Shown: positions 54,093-64,000 of the stretch, piece by piece
How the letters are laid out: the number at the start of each line of letters is the position of its first letter
Position numbering within the stretch: position 1 is the first letter of the stretch
Source: Alphaproteobacteria bacterium
GTDB taxonomy: Bacteria; Pseudomonadota; Alphaproteobacteria; GCA-2731375
Direction: 5' to 3'
Assembly (NCBI GenBank): GCA_046582635.1
Contig: JAYGEA010000056.1
Span: forward strand, 957 to 64,956
DNA length: 64,000 bases
Notes under the pieces: generated by a model
Databases searched by the model: none
What the model saw: the letters and a program-made list of their open reading frames with translations, nothing else
Told to the model about the DNA's origin: nothing
Position numbers and translations under genes: made by a program

Positions 54093-54206
54093 ATGTGCAA
54101 TCTCCAGCTGGAGAAGCATAGTATTCGGATTAATGAGCAATGGCGCATCTGTTTTGTTTGGTTTGACGGTGATGTTTGGGATGTCGAAATTGTCGACTAC
54201 CATTGA
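54093..54206 (+). pseudogene. higB: Truncated higB (RelE/ParE-superfamily toxin) remnant, C-terminal ~37 codons only
   Basis: Translation ...LQLEKHSIRINEQWRICFVWFDGDVWDVEIVDYH* matches the HigB C-terminus. The N-terminal half is missing. Ends 11 nt before higA. Confidence 0.55.
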
Positions 54207-54217
54207 GGAGCAATCAA

Positions 54218-54570
54218 ATGACAATCAAACGTGAAGACCTCCAGAACGGTACGGTTGATGTATCCGACGTTGCCACGGGCCGCCGTTTGCCGACTGTTCA
54301 TCCCGGCGAAATTCTGCGCGACGAGTTCCTCAAGCCCTTGGATATCAGCGTTTACAAGCTCGCCAATGCCATCAATGTGCCGCGTTCGCGGGCCAACGAC
54401 ATTGTCCTAGGCCGCAGATCCGTAACCACGGATACGGCATTGCGTCTGGGCCGCTATTTTGGCACTACCGCTGAGTTTTGGATCAATTTGCAAACAAGCC
54501 ATGATCTTGATGTGGCGGAGCGGACCTCACGCAAGAAGATAGAACGGGAAATCACGCCCCTCTCCGTCGC

Positions 54571-54574
<4 letters not shown>
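54218..54574 (+). CDS. higA: HigA family addiction-module antitoxin (HTH_XRE)
   Basis: HigA-like blocks [70 protein letters not shown] ribosome-binding site. Lower GC than its neighbours. Confidence 0.8.
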
Positions 54575-56550
<1,976 letters not shown>

Positions 56551-56701
56551 GGCGAGTTCCCTGAAATCAGTTTTCCCCAGTGTAGCGGGCCATTACACAG
56601 TCGCAACCCAGCCATGCAACCTTTGTTCTGGTTTCCTTGACCGACCCCGCCTAGTTTGCCGCCATGCACATCAGCAACGACGAATTAGGCGGAACCGCAA
56701 G

Positions 56702-57652
56702 GTGACCGCGGCGGAACTTCACGGCCACATAGACGTCCGCATTCGGAGCCTGCCCGGCAATGCCCGGGGCGCGTTGTGGATCATCCTGGGCTGCATCATG
56801 TTCTCGGCCATGACCATGGTGGTGAAGTTTCTGGGCGGCTCCTTCGATAGTTTCCAATTGGCCTTTTTCCGCGCTCTGTTCGGCTTGTTGGCCGTGCTGC
56901 CGTTCTTCCTTCGATTTGGCCTGGGCCTGGTGCGGACCCAGCGGCTGGGCATGCATTTGGTCCGCAGCCTTTGCGGTGCCTGCGCCATGCTGTGCGGCTT
57001 CTATGCCATTACCCACCTGCCCATGGCCGACGCTGTCTCCATCAGCTATGCCCGCGCCCTGTTTCTGATCCCCCTGGCCGTGCTGTTCCTGGGCGAGGTG
57101 GTGCGTCTGCGCCGCTGGACGGCGACGGCTGTCGGCTTCGTGGGCGTCATCGTCATGATGCGGCCGGGGGGCGATATCGAGCTGGCGACCTGGGTCGCGG
57201 TAATCGGCGCCTTTCTGGTCGCGGTGGTCACAATCATGATCAAGAAGCTGTCGACCACGGAGCGGCCCGAGACCTTGTTGCTGTATTACGGCGTCGTTTC
57301 ATCCCTGGTCGCCCTCGGCCCCGCCCTGCTGGTCTGGCGGACGCCGACCTTGGTGGAGTTGGCCTTCCTGATGGCCATCGGCACCTTGGGCGCGGCGGGG
57401 CAATATTGCATCATCCGGGGCTATCGCATTGGCGAGGCCACGCCGCTGCTGCCGTTCGACTATACCCGGTTGATCTTCGCCGGCGTGATCGGCTTCCTGT
57501 GGTTTGCCGAGATCCCCGATGCCTGGACCCTGACCGGTGCCGCCATCGTTGTCGGCGCAACCCTCTACATCGGCATCAGGGAGGCCAGGCTGGGTAAGAA
57601 GTCAGAACTAAGCCAGCCCGCCATCGATCCGCCGGCGGTGCCGCGAAGCTAG
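56702..57652 (+). CDS. DMT superfamily transporter (EamA family)
   Basis: About 10 TM helices consistent with two EamA repeats. GTG start at 56702 is inferred. Confidence 0.7.
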   Translation: MTAAELHGHIDVRIRSLPGNARGALWIILGCIMFSAMTMVVKFLGGSFDSFQLAFFRALFGLLAVLPFFLRFGLGLVRTQRLGMHLVRSLCGACAMLCGFYAITHLPMADAVSISYARALFLIPLAVLFLGEVVRLRRWTATAVGFVGVIVMMRPGGDIELATWVAVIGAFLVAVVTIMIKKLSTTERPETLLLYYGVVSSLVALGPALLVWRTPTLVELAFLMAIGTLGAAGQYCIIRGYRIGEATPLLPFDYTRLIFAGVIGFLWFAEIPDAWTLTGAAIVVGATLYIGIREARLGKKSELSQPAIDPPAVPRS

Positions 57653-58026
57653 AGTTTTTCGAGATATGCCCGCGCCCGTTCCCGGTGTTCGGGCCGGATA
57701 CTCTGTCGCACCTGACGCAGGGCCATGAACAGCACCACCGCATCATCGGTGAAGCCGAGCAAGGCAATGAAATCCGGTATCATGTCCACCGGCATGATGA
57801 AATAAGCTAGGGCGCCCATCAATATGGCCTTCGCTTTTAGTGGCGTCTTGGGGTCCAGGGCACAGTAATAGGCGGCCAATAGGTCGCCCGCAAAGGGAAT
57901 GCGGCCCATAACGCGGCGCAACTTCGGCCAGAAGCTCTTGGCCACTCTGGCTTCGTGCTTGGTCAGTTTACCTTTCGCCATAACCGCCATATGGGCGGTT
58001 GCCATCCATTTGCAACGATTGCCCAC
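57649..58026 (-). CDS. DUF1232 (YkvA-like) family membrane protein
   Basis: ARRVMGRIPFAGDLLAAYY...IPDFIALLGFTDD resembles DUF1232. Alternative ATG starts at 58005, 57990 and 57981. Confidence 0.55.
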   Translation of the reverse strand: MGNRCKWMATAHMAVMAKGKLTKHEARVAKSFWPKLRRVMGRIPFAGDLLAAYYCALDPKTPLKAKAILMGALAYFIMPVDMIPDFIALLGFTDDAVVLFMALRQVRQSIRPEHRERARAYLEKL

Positions 58027-58084
58027 GGGGGCGGCGATCTGCTATGACCCGGCAACAGAATTTGAAAGAAGGGAATGGCGAATC

Positions 58085-58846
58085 ATGAAGGTTGATGGAA
58101 AGACGGCAATTATTACCGGTGGTGCCTCGGGCCTGGGCGAAGGCACGGCCAGGGAGCTGGCGGCGGCCGGGGCCAAGGTGGCGATCTGGGATATCCAGGA
58201 AGATAAAGGCATGGCCGTCGCCAAGGAAATTGGCGGCGTTTTCTGCAAGTGTGATGTCACCTCGGAGGACAGCGTCCTTTCCGCCCTGGGCGAGACCAGG
58301 GAGGCTCTGGGCGTGGGCCGCATCCTGGTCAACTGCGCCGGCACCGCCGTTGCTATCAAAACCTCGTCCCGGGGCGAGGCCCATCCCCTGGATCAGTTTC
58401 AACGCATCATCACCATCAACCTAATCGGCACCTTCAATTGCATCCGTCTGGCCACGACGGCGATGATCGAGCTGGAGCCCATGGAACACGGCGAGCGCGG
58501 CGTGGTCATCAACACGGCCTCGGTCGCGGCCTTCGATGGACAGATTGGCCAGGTGGCCTATTCCGCCTCGAAAGGCGGCATCGTCGGCATGACCCTGCCC
58601 ATAGCCCGTGATCTGGCCGACAAGGGCATCCGTGTCTGCACCATTGCGCCGGGCATCTTCGAGACGCCATTGCTGGGCGGCCTGCCCGACGATGTGCGCC
58701 AGTCCCTGGCCAACAGCGTGCCCTTCCCGCAAAAACTGGGCCAGCCCAGCGAATATGCCCAATTGGCCCGCCAGATCGTCGAAAACGTAATGCTGAACGG
58801 CGAAACAATCCGCCTGGACGGCGCCATCCGCATGGCGCCGCGTTAA
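58085..58846 (+). CDS. SDR family 3-hydroxyacyl-CoA dehydrogenase (type-2 / HSD17B10-like)
   Basis: TGGASGLG Rossmann motif and the catalytic YSASK motif. Confidence 0.75.
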   Translation: MKVDGKTAIITGGASGLGEGTARELAAAGAKVAIWDIQEDKGMAVAKEIGGVFCKCDVTSEDSVLSALGETREALGVGRILVNCAGTAVAIKTSSRGEAHPLDQFQRIITINLIGTFNCIRLATTAMIELEPMEHGERGVVINTASVAAFDGQIGQVAYSASKGGIVGMTLPIARDLADKGIRVCTIAPGIFETPLLGGLPDDVRQSLANSVPFPQKLGQPSEYAQLARQIVENVMLNGETIRLDGAIRMAPR

Positions 58847-58885
58847 TCCATGAGGCTAGAGCATGTCGCGGGGAGATTTTAAGTG

Positions 58886-59194
58886 TCACCGACCGGTAAC
58901 GCCATTCGGTGAGGCGGCTTCGATAAATTCGGCCAGGGCGATATCCCGTTCGCTGAGGCCGTTGACGTCGTGGCTGCTCAAAACGATGTCCACCCGGTTA
59001 TAGACATTAAACCATTCGGGGTGATGGTTCATGGCCTCGGCCCGCAAGGCAATGCGGGTCATGAAGGCGAAGGCGGCATTGAAATCCCCGAAGGTGAAGG
59101 ACTTTTCGATGGCCCCGCGCCCCGCCTGCAGGCGCCATCCCGGCAACCCCGCCAGGGCCTCGTCACGCCGTTTTTCTGTCAATAGCTCGGCCAT
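58886..59194 (-). CDS. phhB: 4a-hydroxytetrahydrobiopterin dehydratase (pterin-4a-carbinolamine dehydratase), stand-alone
   Basis: 102 aa with a PCD signature ([EDKH]-x3-H-[HN]-P-x5-[WYH]). Confidence 0.8.
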   Translation of the reverse strand: MAELLTEKRRDEALAGLPGWRLQAGRGAIEKSFTFGDFNAAFAFMTRIALRAEAMNHHPEWFNVYNRVDIVLSSHDVNGLSERDIALAEFIEAASPNGVTGR

Positions 59195-59221
59195 GGTGCT
59201 GCTCCCGTTCTGTTCCTGGTG

Positions 59222-60844
59222 CTATTTCGGCCGAAAGGCCACGGCCAGGGCCTGGGCCTTGGCCAACTGGGCCGGCGTCATGGCGGCGGCGAAGAGCCGT
59301 TGGGCCCGCCGCGACTGCCGTGCCACCTCCTCGCCTTCGTTGCGGTCCACGCCTTGGCGCACTTCCGCCAGCAGCAGCCATTTATAGGCCTGTACTGGGT
59401 CGCGGGGCACGCCGTCGCCACTCATGAATCGGCCGGCCAGATTGAACTGCGCCCTGGCATGGCCCCTCTCCGCGGCCCGGCGGTACCAGTTTGCCGCCGC
59501 TACCGCCTGCTGCCCGACGCCAAAACCCCTCGCGTGCATGAAGCCCAGGTTGAACTGTGCCGGGGGATAGCCCTGCTCGGCGGCTTGGCGTACCCAACCG
59601 GCGCCGCGGTCCGGGTTGGCCGGGACGCCCAGGCCCCGCATCAGCAGGCGCCCATAGGCATTTTGCGCCCGTGGCAGACCGCCTTCGGCCGCCCGTCGGT
59701 ACCATTGATAGGCGCGGCCTGGATTTTTTGGCCGGCCCAAGCCATATTCGTTAACCCGGCCCATGACATATTGCGCCACCACCTGGTCGAACCTGGCCAC
59801 CTGGCCACAGTTCCTGTCAATTTCCGGCCAGGCCGATGCGGCATGGGCCAGCAGGCAATATATCGTCGCATCGCCATCGATTTTATCCCGCGGCTTGTTC
59901 GCGGCTAGGCGTTCGGGCAAATCAAGGGACAGTTTGGCGAGCAGTTCGTGGGAGGCGTTGAAATTCTGCCGCCAGGATTTAACGATCCACTCGAACGCCT
60001 CGTACAGCAACAAGGGGTGGGCGAGGTCCGTCAGCTCAAGCTTGCCCAGTTGGAACTGCGATTGGGCGATGCCCGTGGCCGCCGCCCGCTGCAGCCAGAA
60101 CCGGGCTTCGTGAAAATCAACCTTTCCCGCCAGGCCCTGGATATGAAACATCGCCAGATCGTGCTGCGCCTTGGCATAACCGCCGCGGGCCGCCTGGCCA
60201 TAATATTTTCGGGCCGCGTTCAGATTTTTTTCCACCCCGCGGCCAAAATGATAGCGCCGGCCCAGATCGTACCGCGCCTCCTCATCGCCGCCCCTTGCGG
60301 CCCGCTGGAGCCATTCAAGGGCGCCGTCGGGGTCCGGCTTCGTTGCAATGCCGGCGGCGATATATTGGCCCAGACGCCGCTGTGCCTGGGGGATGCCCCG
60401 TGCCGCCGCGAAGCGGAAATGTTTCAACGCCGCGTGATAATCCAAGGCCACGCCCAGGCCCCGGTCATGGTGCCGGCCCAGATAATAACGTGCCAGCGCA
60501 CTGCCCGCCTTGGCCGCCGCCCGGGCCCACCGCAACGCCTCCGCGTAATCCCGTGGCAGGGCACGGCCGGTGAACAGCATCTGCGCCAGATCCAACTGTG
60601 CCAGGCGCAAGCCCCCGTTCGCTGCCTGGCGCAGCCAGGCCAGGCCGGTATCCGGTTCCGCATGCACGCCGGTGCCATGCACCAACATCAGGCCCAGGCG
60701 GTAGTGCGCCATGGCCTCCGTGCCGCCCTTCGCGGCTTCCCATTGGGACCGCGCGCCGGCAAAATCCCCGGTCCCATAAGCTTTCAGGCCACGGGAGAAA
60801 TCCGCCCCCGCCCCATTGGCGAACATCATCGCGACGGCGCCCAT
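59222..60844 (-). CDS. Sel1-repeat (TPR-like) protein, probably exported
   Basis: More than 10 Sel1-like repeats (e.g. AQ..LG.MY..G.GV..D...A..WYRKAAEQG). Likely start M at 60844 (MGAVAMMFANGAGA, signal-like); the ORF runs to 60916 and overlaps thpR. Confidence 0.7.
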   Translation of the reverse strand: MGAVAMMFANGAGADFSRGLKAYGTGDFAGARSQWEAAKGGTEAMAHYRLGLMLVHGTGVHAEPDTGLAWLRQAANGGLRLAQLDLAQMLFTGRALPRDYAEALRWARAAAKAGSALARYYLGRHHDRGLGVALDYHAALKHFRFAAARGIPQAQRRLGQYIAAGIATKPDPDGALEWLQRAARGGDEEARYDLGRRYHFGRGVEKNLNAARKYYGQAARGGYAKAQHDLAMFHIQGLAGKVDFHEARFWLQRAAATGIAQSQFQLGKLELTDLAHPLLLYEAFEWIVKSWRQNFNASHELLAKLSLDLPERLAANKPRDKIDGDATIYCLLAHAASAWPEIDRNCGQVARFDQVVAQYVMGRVNEYGLGRPKNPGRAYQWYRRAAEGGLPRAQNAYGRLLMRGLGVPANPDRGAGWVRQAAEQGYPPAQFNLGFMHARGFGVGQQAVAAANWYRRAAERGHARAQFNLAGRFMSGDGVPRDPVQAYKWLLLAEVRQGVDRNEGEEVARQSRRAQRLFAAAMTPAQLAKAQALAVAFRPK

Positions 60845-60872
60845 CAAGGCGGGAATGGCCCGCCGATGGCCG

Positions 60873-61445
60873 TTAATCACGGCCAGCTCCAGCCCCAAAC
60901 CCGGCCTCAGATCCAACTAAGGGATAGTCCGCTTCCACGGTGTAGATCGCCCCTTCACGCGACAGATGCGAGGAAAACAGAGAATACCGGTTCACCAAAT
61001 AGGGCGGTGATTGGTATTCGCCGTGGCGGGCCGCGTAACCCTCCGCCTCCATCGGGTCAATGCCGCCCAGGCGGGCCAGGGTGACGTGGGGGTGATAGCG
61101 GCGATGCTCCGGTTCCAAGCCAACGGCGGCCAAACCATGCTGGATCTTCGCATGCAGCTTTCGCAAGGGCGCATCATCCTCGACCCCGGCCCAGAGCACC
61201 CGCGCCAGCTTGCGCTCGTTGAAAAACCCGGTTCTCCGCAGGCGCAATTCAAAGGCCGGCAAAGTGATCCGCGCCAGCACATCGTCAATGTCCCGGGCCA
61301 TGGCGCCGTCAATCTCGCCCAGAAAGCGCAAGGTCAGATGCAGTTGCGCGCGCTCCCGCCAACGGGCGCCGTCGACCCCGCCGCAGAGCGCGGTCAGGGT
61401 GTCTTTTATCCGGTCCGGAATTTCGATTGCCACAAACAGGCGCAC
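60873..61445 (-). CDS. thpR: RNA 2',3'-cyclic phosphodiesterase ThpR (LigT, 2H family)
   Basis: Two HxT/S motifs (HLTLRF; HVTLAR), 190 aa. Confidence 0.8.
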   Translation of the reverse strand: MRLFVAIEIPDRIKDTLTALCGGVDGARWRERAQLHLTLRFLGEIDGAMARDIDDVLARITLPAFELRLRRTGFFNERKLARVLWAGVEDDAPLRKLHAKIQHGLAAVGLEPEHRRYHPHVTLARLGGIDPMEAEGYAARHGEYQSPPYLVNRYSLFSSHLSREGAIYTVEADYPLVGSEAGFGAGAGRD

Positions 61446-61471
61446 CTGGTTCGCCCCTCAATCATCTCAGA

Positions 61472-62116
61472 TCACTTCATTCGGCGGTCCAGCAGGTCTA
61501 ACACATATGGCGTCATGGCGGCGACAATGACCTTCACCCCCGCCTTGTTGGGGTGCAGGCCGTCGTGTTGGTTCAGCCCAGGTTTGGCCGCCACGCCGTC
61601 GAGGAAGAACGGATACAGCCTGACCCCATGGCGGCGCGCCAGTTCGGGATAGATGGCGTTGAAGGCCTTGCCGTATTCCGGACCCAGATTGGGCGGCGCC
61701 AGCATGCCGGCCAGCAGCACGGGGATCCGGGCCCGGTTCAAGGTGGCCAGAATGGCATCCAGATTGGCCCTGGTAACGCCCGGATCGACGCCGCGCAGAC
61801 CGTCGTTGGCACCCAGTTCCAAAATGACCAGGTCCACCTGGCCCGACAGGGTCCAGGCCAGCCGGGCCCGCCCGCCGGAGGTGGTATCACCCGATACGCT
61901 GCCGTTCCTGACCACCACCTCCCGGCCTCGTTGGCGCAGCGCGGCCTGCAATTGGGCCACGAACCCGTCGGCGGCCGGCAGGCCGTAACCGGCCGTCAGA
62001 CTGTCGCCAAAGGTCATGACCACCTGTTCACCGGCCCAGACCGCCGGGGCCAGGAAAAACAGCAATAATGCCAACGCGCCAATCTTGACATGGCGCGGGC
62101 CGTCGCCATGTGGCAT
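61472..62116 (-). CDS. tesA: Arylesterase / SGNH hydrolase (TesA-like), secreted
   Basis: Signal peptide, GDSLTAGYG block I, and the catalytic triad DGLHPN. Start at 62116; the ORF's upstream extension is rejected. Confidence 0.8.
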   Translation of the reverse strand: MPHGDGPRHVKIGALALLLFFLAPAVWAGEQVVMTFGDSLTAGYGLPAADGFVAQLQAALRQRGREVVVRNGSVSGDTTSGGRARLAWTLSGQVDLVILELGANDGLRGVDPGVTRANLDAILATLNRARIPVLLAGMLAPPNLGPEYGKAFNAIYPELARRHGVRLYPFFLDGVAAKPGLNQHDGLHPNKAGVKVIVAAMTPYVLDLLDRRMK

Positions 62117-62165
62117 GCATGACCTTTGCAGCCAGGGAGCACGCGGTTTGAATTCTGACGGTATC

Positions 62166-62858
62166 ATGATCGACCTAAACGATGTGCACCTGACCCTGCC
62201 CAGCGAAGCCGGGCCGGTGGATATCTTACGCGGGGTTGGCTTGTCTGTCGCCATGGGCGAGGCGGTGGGCATGGTGGGGCCGTCGGGGTCGGGCAAATCC
62301 ACCCTGATGGCCATCATGGCCGGCCTGGAGCGCCCCAGCCGGGGCCGGGTCCGGGTCGCCGGCCACAGCCTCGAAGGCATGGGCGAGGATAATCTGGCCC
62401 GCTTCCGCCGGGACCATGTGGGTATCGTCTTTCAATCCTTTCATCTAATCCCGACCATGACGGCGTTGGAAAACGTTGCCATGCCCCTGGAATTCGCCGG
62501 CCGGAGCGACGCTTTCGACCGGGCGGAGGCGGCCCTGGCCGAGGTCGCGCTGGAACATCGGCTGACCCATTACCCCTCGCAGCTTTCGGGCGGCGAACAG
62601 CAACGCGTCGCCCTGGCCCGCGCCGTTGTGGGGCAGCCGGGCTTGCTGTTGGCGGATGAACCCACGGGCAATCTGGATGGGGCCACGGGCGCCGCGATCA
62701 TCGAATTGATGTTCGGCCTGCACCAGGCCACCAACGCCACCCTAATCCTGATCACCCATGACCCGGCCCTGGCCCAACGCTGCGACCGCATCGTGCATAT
62801 GCGCGACGGCCGCCTGGATGATGCCGCGCCCATGAAAAAACTAGGGGCGGCTGACTGA
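62166..62858 (+). CDS. ABC transporter ATP-binding protein (YbbA/LolD-like)
   Basis: Walker A GPSGSGKST, signature LSGGEQQRVALARA, Walker B LLLADEPT. Divergent from tesA, as in E. coli. Confidence 0.85.
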   Translation: MIDLNDVHLTLPSEAGPVDILRGVGLSVAMGEAVGMVGPSGSGKSTLMAIMAGLERPSRGRVRVAGHSLEGMGEDNLARFRRDHVGIVFQSFHLIPTMTALENVAMPLEFAGRSDAFDRAEAALAEVALEHRLTHYPSQLSGGEQQRVALARAVVGQPGLLLADEPTGNLDGATGAAIIELMFGLHQATNATLILITHDPALAQRCDRIVHMRDGRLDDAAPMKKLGAAD

Positions 62859-62859
62859 C

Positions 62860-64000
62860 ATGAGCTTCCGCCTCGCCCTGACCATTGCCCGGCGGGAATT
62901 GCGCGGCGGCTTGGGCGGCTTTCGCATCTTTCTATTGTGCGTCACCCTGGGTGTCAGCGCCATTGCCGGGGTCGGCTCCCTGTCCGATGCCCTGGTGGAC
63001 GGCATGCGCCGGGACGGCCGCAAACTGATCGGCGGGGATGTGGAATTGCGCCTCTCGCACAAGGCGGCGAACCAGGCGCAAATGGCCCATTTGCAGGCCT
63101 CGGGCCGGGTCAGTCAAATTGTCGAAATGCGTTCAATGGCCATGCGCCCGGACGGTGCCCAGCGCGGCCTGGTGGAATTGAAGGGCGTCGATGGGGTCTA
63201 TCCCCTGTTCGGCCGCATGACTCTGGATCAAGGCCAGGATCTGGCGGCGGCCTTGGCCCCCGTGGCCGGCCTGCCCGGTGCCGTGGCCGAGCCAGTCCTG
63301 CTGCAGCGGCTGAAATTAAAAGTAGGCGATCCGGTGAAAGTCGGCGCGGCGACCTACCGCATCGCGGCATCAATTGTGCGCGAGCCCGACCGGGGCGCGG
63401 ATTCCTTTGTTCTGGGTCCGCGCCTGATGGTGGCCCGGGACAGCCTGGCCGCGACGAAGCTGATCCGCGAAGGATCGCAGATCAACTACCGCTACCGCAT
63501 TGCCCTGCCGCCGGGCAGCGATGTACTGGCCTGGATCGAGGACTTGAAAACCCGTTTCCCCGACGCCGGCTGGCGCATTCGCGATACCCGCAACGGCGCG
63601 CCGGGTCTGCGCCGCTTCATCGACCGCATGCGGCTGTTCCTGACCCTGGTGGGGTTGACCGCCCTGTTGGTGGGAGGCTTGGGCATCGGCAACGCGGTGC
63701 GCAGTTTTCTGGAAGATAAAAGCGGCACCATCGCCACGCTGAAATGCCTCGGCGCGCCGGCCCGGCTGATCTTCCAGATATATATGCTGCTGGTCATGGT
63801 GATCACCGCCCTGGGCGTCCTGGCGGGACTGGTGATTGGTACCGGCACGCCCATGCTGGTGTCAGGCTTGATGGCGGATTTACTGCCCTTTCAGGTACAG
63901 TTCAATCTCCATCCCCTGCCTTTGTTGCAGGCGGCGGCCTATGGATTCCTGACCGCCCTGGCCTTTGCCATCTGGCCCCTGGCCCGTGCCCAGGCGGTGC
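62860..64000 (+). CDS. ABC transporter permease, FtsX-like (YbbP-like), 3' end outside window
   Basis: Hand-translated from the ATG at 62860, the frame is open to the window end. An N-terminal TM helix, a large periplasmic domain and further TM helices follow. The ORF track does not list it because there is no stop within the window. Confidence 0.75.
   Translation, partial: MSFRLALTIARRELRGGLGGFRIFLLCVTLGVSAIAGVGSLSDALVDGMRRDGRKLIGGDVELRLSHKAANQAQMAHLQASGRVSQIVEMRSMAMRPDGAQRGLVELKGVDGVYPLFGRMTLDQGQDLAAALAPVAGLPGAVAEPVLLQRLKLKVGDPVKVGAATYRIAASIVREPDRGADSFVLGPRLMVARDSLAATKLIREGSQINYRYRIALPPGSDVLAWIEDLKTRFPDAGWRIRDTRNGAPGLRRFIDRMRLFLTLVGLTALLVGGLGIGNAVRSFLEDKSGTIATLKCLGAPARLIFQIYMLLVMVITALGVLAGLVIGTGTPMLVSGLMADLLPFQVQFNLHPLPLLQAAAYGFLTALAFAIWPLARAQAV

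Noticed and set aside
61472-62380. 5' extension of the tesA-like ORF (codons 1-88)
   Set aside because: Overlaps the divergent ABC ATPase start. The signal peptide and SGNH homology begin at the ATG at 62116.
62937-63719. 260-aa + strand ORF from the track inside the last gene
   Set aside because: Out of frame with the FtsX-like permease, which starts at 62860 and is open to the window end. The translation is Arg/Pro/Gly-rich with no protein-like features.

Overview
High-GC (about 64%) alphaproteobacterial chromosomal window (Rhodospirillales-like by gene content and order). It is gene-dense, mostly on the + strand, and dominated by housekeeping genes.

Layout by coordinate:
- 1-5250: a catabolic gene set — acyl-CoA dehydrogenase C-terminal fragment, MDR quinone oxidoreductase, secreted SNase-like nuclease, AMP-dependent ligase, and an orphan PAS histidine kinase.
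- 5418-8434 (minus strand): an SPFH/stomatin–NfeD–SDR–CysQ operon.
- 8527-15229: a loosely accessory stretch — hypothetical gene, Prx5 peroxiredoxin, DsbD-N-domain protein, yqgE, then a tightly overlapping arsR–arsP-like permease–fdhD–mobA–ampD run.
- 15247-15688: an RNase P RNA gene (rnpB) that the ORF track does not call. The ORFs the track places there are spurious.
- 16036-36114: a complete, collinear dcw cell-division/cell-wall cluster, mraZ–rsmH–ftsL–ftsI–murE–murF–mraY–murD–ftsW–murG–murC–murB–ddl–ftsQ–ftsA–[spacer]–ftsZ–[spacer]–lpxC. Nearly every junction is an ATGA or 4-bp start/stop overlap.
- 36127-52684: DUF2889-like gene, ubiG divergent from lysC–ptsP, rodZ-like–ispG–hisS–prfA–prmC (E. 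coli-like synteny), DUF4167 repeat protein, MOSC protein, clpB.
- 52736-54574: a decayed islet — a twice-frameshifted MFS transporter (one shift at a G8 homopolymer), and a truncated higB toxin remnant next to an intact, lower-GC higA antitoxin.
- 54571-64000: acetoacetyl-CoA synthetase, EamA transporter, DUF1232, SDR, stand-alone pterin-4a-carbinolamine dehydratase, Sel1-repeat protein, thpR, tesA-like arylesterase divergent from ybbA/ybbP-like ABC ATPase + FtsX permease (partial at the window end).

Non-coding signals:
- Two copies of a roughly 65-bp REP-like palindromic element at convergent gene ends (3886-3950 and 9112-9180).
- A 101-bp nested, cloverleaf-like palindromic element in the ftsA–ftsZ spacer (32944-33044).
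- CAATCATTC direct repeats plus G7/G6 tracts upstream of the peroxiredoxin.
- A putative ArsR operator.
- A 12-bp tandem repeat array inside the DUF4167 gene.

No CRISPR array, tRNA, rRNA, transposase or integrase was seen. I see no clear multi-gene novel system. The most unusual signals are the structured ftsA–ftsZ spacer element, the REP-like family, and the decayed higBA/MFS islet.
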